From Pristiophorus japonicus (Eukaryota): a stretch of 64,000 nt of DNA. Location of the stretch: the NCBI RefSeq assembly GCF_044704955.1, contig NC_091989.1:104036001-104100000 (forward strand). Direction: 5' to 3'. Positions 61,474-64,000 of this stretch are shown piece after piece. The notes under the pieces were generated by a model. The model saw only the letters and a program-made list of their open reading frames with translations, was not told where the DNA came from and made no database searches. Positions within the stretch are counted from its first letter, which is position 1. Each line of letters begins with the position of its first letter. The position numbers and the translations under genes are program-made.

Positions 61474-64000
61474 ACATAGAAACAGAAAGTCGGTGCAGGA
61501 GTAGGCCATTCGGCTCTTCGAGCCTGCACCACCATTCAATATGTTCATCGCTCATCATGCAACTTCAGTACCCCATTCCTGCTTTCTCCCCATATCCCTT
61601 GATCCCTTTAGCAGTCAGGGCCACATCTAACTTCCTTTTGAATATATCTAATGAACTGGCCTTAACAATGTTCTGTGGTACAGAATTCCACAGGTTCGCT
61701 GTTCTCTGAGTGAAGAAGTTCCTACTCATCTTGATCCAAAATGGCTCACCCCTTATCGTTAGACTCTGACCCCTGGTTCTGGACTTCCCCAACATTGGGA
61801 ACATTCTTCCTGCATCTATCCTGTCAGAATTTTATATGTTTCTATGAGATCCCGTCTCATTCTTCTAAATTGAAGTGAATATAAGCCTAGTCGATCCAGT
61901 CTTTTTTCAAATGTCAGTCCTGCCTTCCTGCGAATCAGTCTGTGAACATTCGCTGCAGTCCCTCAATAGCAAGAATGTCCTTCCTCAGATTAGGAGAACA
62001 AAACTGCACACAATAGTCAAGGTGTGGTCTCACCAAGGCCCTGTACAACTGCATTAAGACCTCCCTGCTTATTTAATCAAATCCTCTCGCTATGAAGGCC
62101 AGCATGCCAGTTGCATTCTTTACTGCCTGCTGTACCTGCATGCCTACCTTCAATGACTAATGTACCATCACAGCCAGGTCTCGTTGCACCTCCACTTTTA
62201 CAATCTGGCACGATTCAGATAATAATCTGCCTTCCTGTTTTTGACACCAAAGTGGATAACCTCACACTTATTCACATTATACTGCATCTGCCATGCATTT
62301 GTCCATTCACCTAAACTGTCCAAGTCCCCCCGCAGCCTCCTAGCATCCTCCTCGCAGCTCGCACTGCCACCCAGCTTAGTATCATCTGCAAGCTTGGAGA
62401 TATTACATTCAATTCCTTCGTCCAAATCATTAATGTACATTGTAAATAGCTGGGATCCCAGCACTGAACTCTGCGGCACCCCACTAGTGACTGTCTGCCA
62501 TTCTGAAAAGGACCCGTTTATTCCCACTCTTTGCTTCCTGTCTGCCAACCAGTTCTCTATCCATGTCAATACATTAGCCCAATACCATGTGTCTTAATTT
62601 TGCACACTAATCTCTTGTGTGGGACCTTGTCAAAAGCCTTTTGAAAGTCCAAATGCACCACATCCACTGGTTCTCCCTTATCCACTCTACTAGTTACATC
62701 CTCAAAAAACTCTACAAGATTTGTCAAGTATGATTTCCCTTTCATAAATCCATGCTGACTTGGACTGATCCTGTCACTGCTTTCCAAATGCGCTGCTGTT
62801 ACATCTTTAATAATTGATTCCAGCATTTTCCCCACCGTTGATGTCAGGCTAACCGGTCTATAATTGCCTGTTTTCTCTCTCCCTCCTCTTTTAAAAAGTG
62901 GGGTTACATTAACTACCCTCCAATCCATAGGAACAGAACCAGAGTCCATGGAATGTCGGAAAATGACCACCAATGCACCTACTATTTCTAGAATCACTTC
63001 CTTAATAATCTGGGATGCAGACTATCAGGCTTTGGAGATTAACAGCCTTCAGTCCCTTCAATTTCCCTAACACCATTTCCTGACTATTAAGGATTTTGCT
63101 CAGTTCCCCCTTCTCGCTAGACCCTCGGACCCATAGTATTTTCTGGAGGTTATTCGTGTCTTCCTTAGTGAAGACAGAACCAAAGTATTTGTTCAATTGG
63201 TCTGCCATTTCCTTGTTCCCCATTCTGAATTCCCCTGATTCTGGCTGAAAGGTACCTACATTAGTCTTCACTAATCATTTTCTCTTCACATATCTACAGA
63301 GCTTTTGCAGTCAGTTTTTATGCTCCGTGCAAGCTTACTCCAATACTCTATTTTCCCCCTCCTAATTAAACCCTTAGTTCTCCTCTGCTGAATTCTAAAT
63401 TTCTCCCAGTCCTCAGGTTTGCTGCTTTTTCTGGCCAATTTTTATGCCTTTTCCTTGGATTTAACAGTTTCCCTAATTTCCCTTGTTAGCCAATATTGAG
63501 CCACCTTCCCTTTTTTATTCTTATGCCACACAGTGATGCAAAATTGTTGTAGTTCATCCATGTGATATTTAACTGTCTGCCATTGCCTATCCACCGTCAA
63601 CCCTTTAAGTATCATTCTCCAGTCTATCCTAGACAATTCATGTCTCATAGCGCCGAAGTTTCCTTCCTTTAAGTTCAAGACCATAGTCTGTGAATTAACT
63701 GTGTCACTGTTCATCTTAATGAAGAATTCTACCATATTATGTTCAGTCTTCCCCAAGGAGCCCCGCATGACCAGATTGCTAATTAATCCTCTCTTGTTAC
63801 ACAAGACCCAGTCTAGGATGGCCTGCTCTCTAGTTTTTTTCCTCGACATATTGGTCTAGAAAACCATCCCTTATACATTCCAGGAAATCCTCCTCCACAG
63901 TATTTCTAGCAGTTTGGTTAGCCCAATCAATATGTAGATTATAGTCACCTATGATAACTGCTGTACTCTTATTGCACGCGACCCTAATTTCCTGTTTGAT
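61474..64000 (-). mobile_element. CR1 LINE ORF2, frameshifted, runs off the window end
   Basis: AILDWVLCN, NYRPVSLTS, LDFQKAFDKV, LADD, KGYGEKAGMGY*. Confidence 0.94.

Noticed and set aside
38731-63070. Many 60-200 aa ORFs antisense to CR1 elements (for example 39386-39919, 46627-47235, 58896-59363)
   Set aside because: Shadow ORFs of LINE ORF2, repeated in each copy, with no independent coding signal.

Overview
This is vertebrate genomic DNA, most likely from a cartilaginous fish (shark). The inference rests on the repeat landscape: dense CR1 LINEs, an RTE LINE, a tRNA-derived SINE sharing its tail with a LINE, and a Harbinger transposon. Most of the window is transposon-derived. (1) Host genes: two tandem + strand paralogues of a non-rearranging antigen-receptor-like Ig superfamily gene with the layout leader / germline-joined VJ-type V domain (GNGxGS-x-L-x-V) / C1 domain / TM / cytoplasmic tail. 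Copy 1 (~34.1-40.8 kb) is a pseudogene with remnants of an ITIM/ITSM tail. Copy 2 (55.8 kb onward) is open from leader through TM, and its tail exons were not found in the window. (2) A four-level nest at 16.2-33.2 kb. A CR1 LINE is split by endogenous retrovirus A (16454-31244, TSD ATAG). The 5' LTR of ERV-A is split by endogenous retrovirus B (21651-31130, TSD CGTAC/CATAC). ERV-B in turn carries a short CR1 tail insertion. ERV-B has an epsilon/gamma-like gag-TAG-readthrough-pol with a 2H-phosphoesterase-like domain (HCT...HLT) between protease and RT, and a class III-type env. ERV-A has the opposite combination: a spuma/class III-like pol and a gamma-type env with ISD and CX6CC, with most of gag and env-SU deleted. 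(3) A decayed two-gene Harbinger element (5.9-10.6 kb) and an old retrovirus-like pol remnant (11.6-13.5 kb). All family assignments come from motif recognition by eye; no database searches were run.
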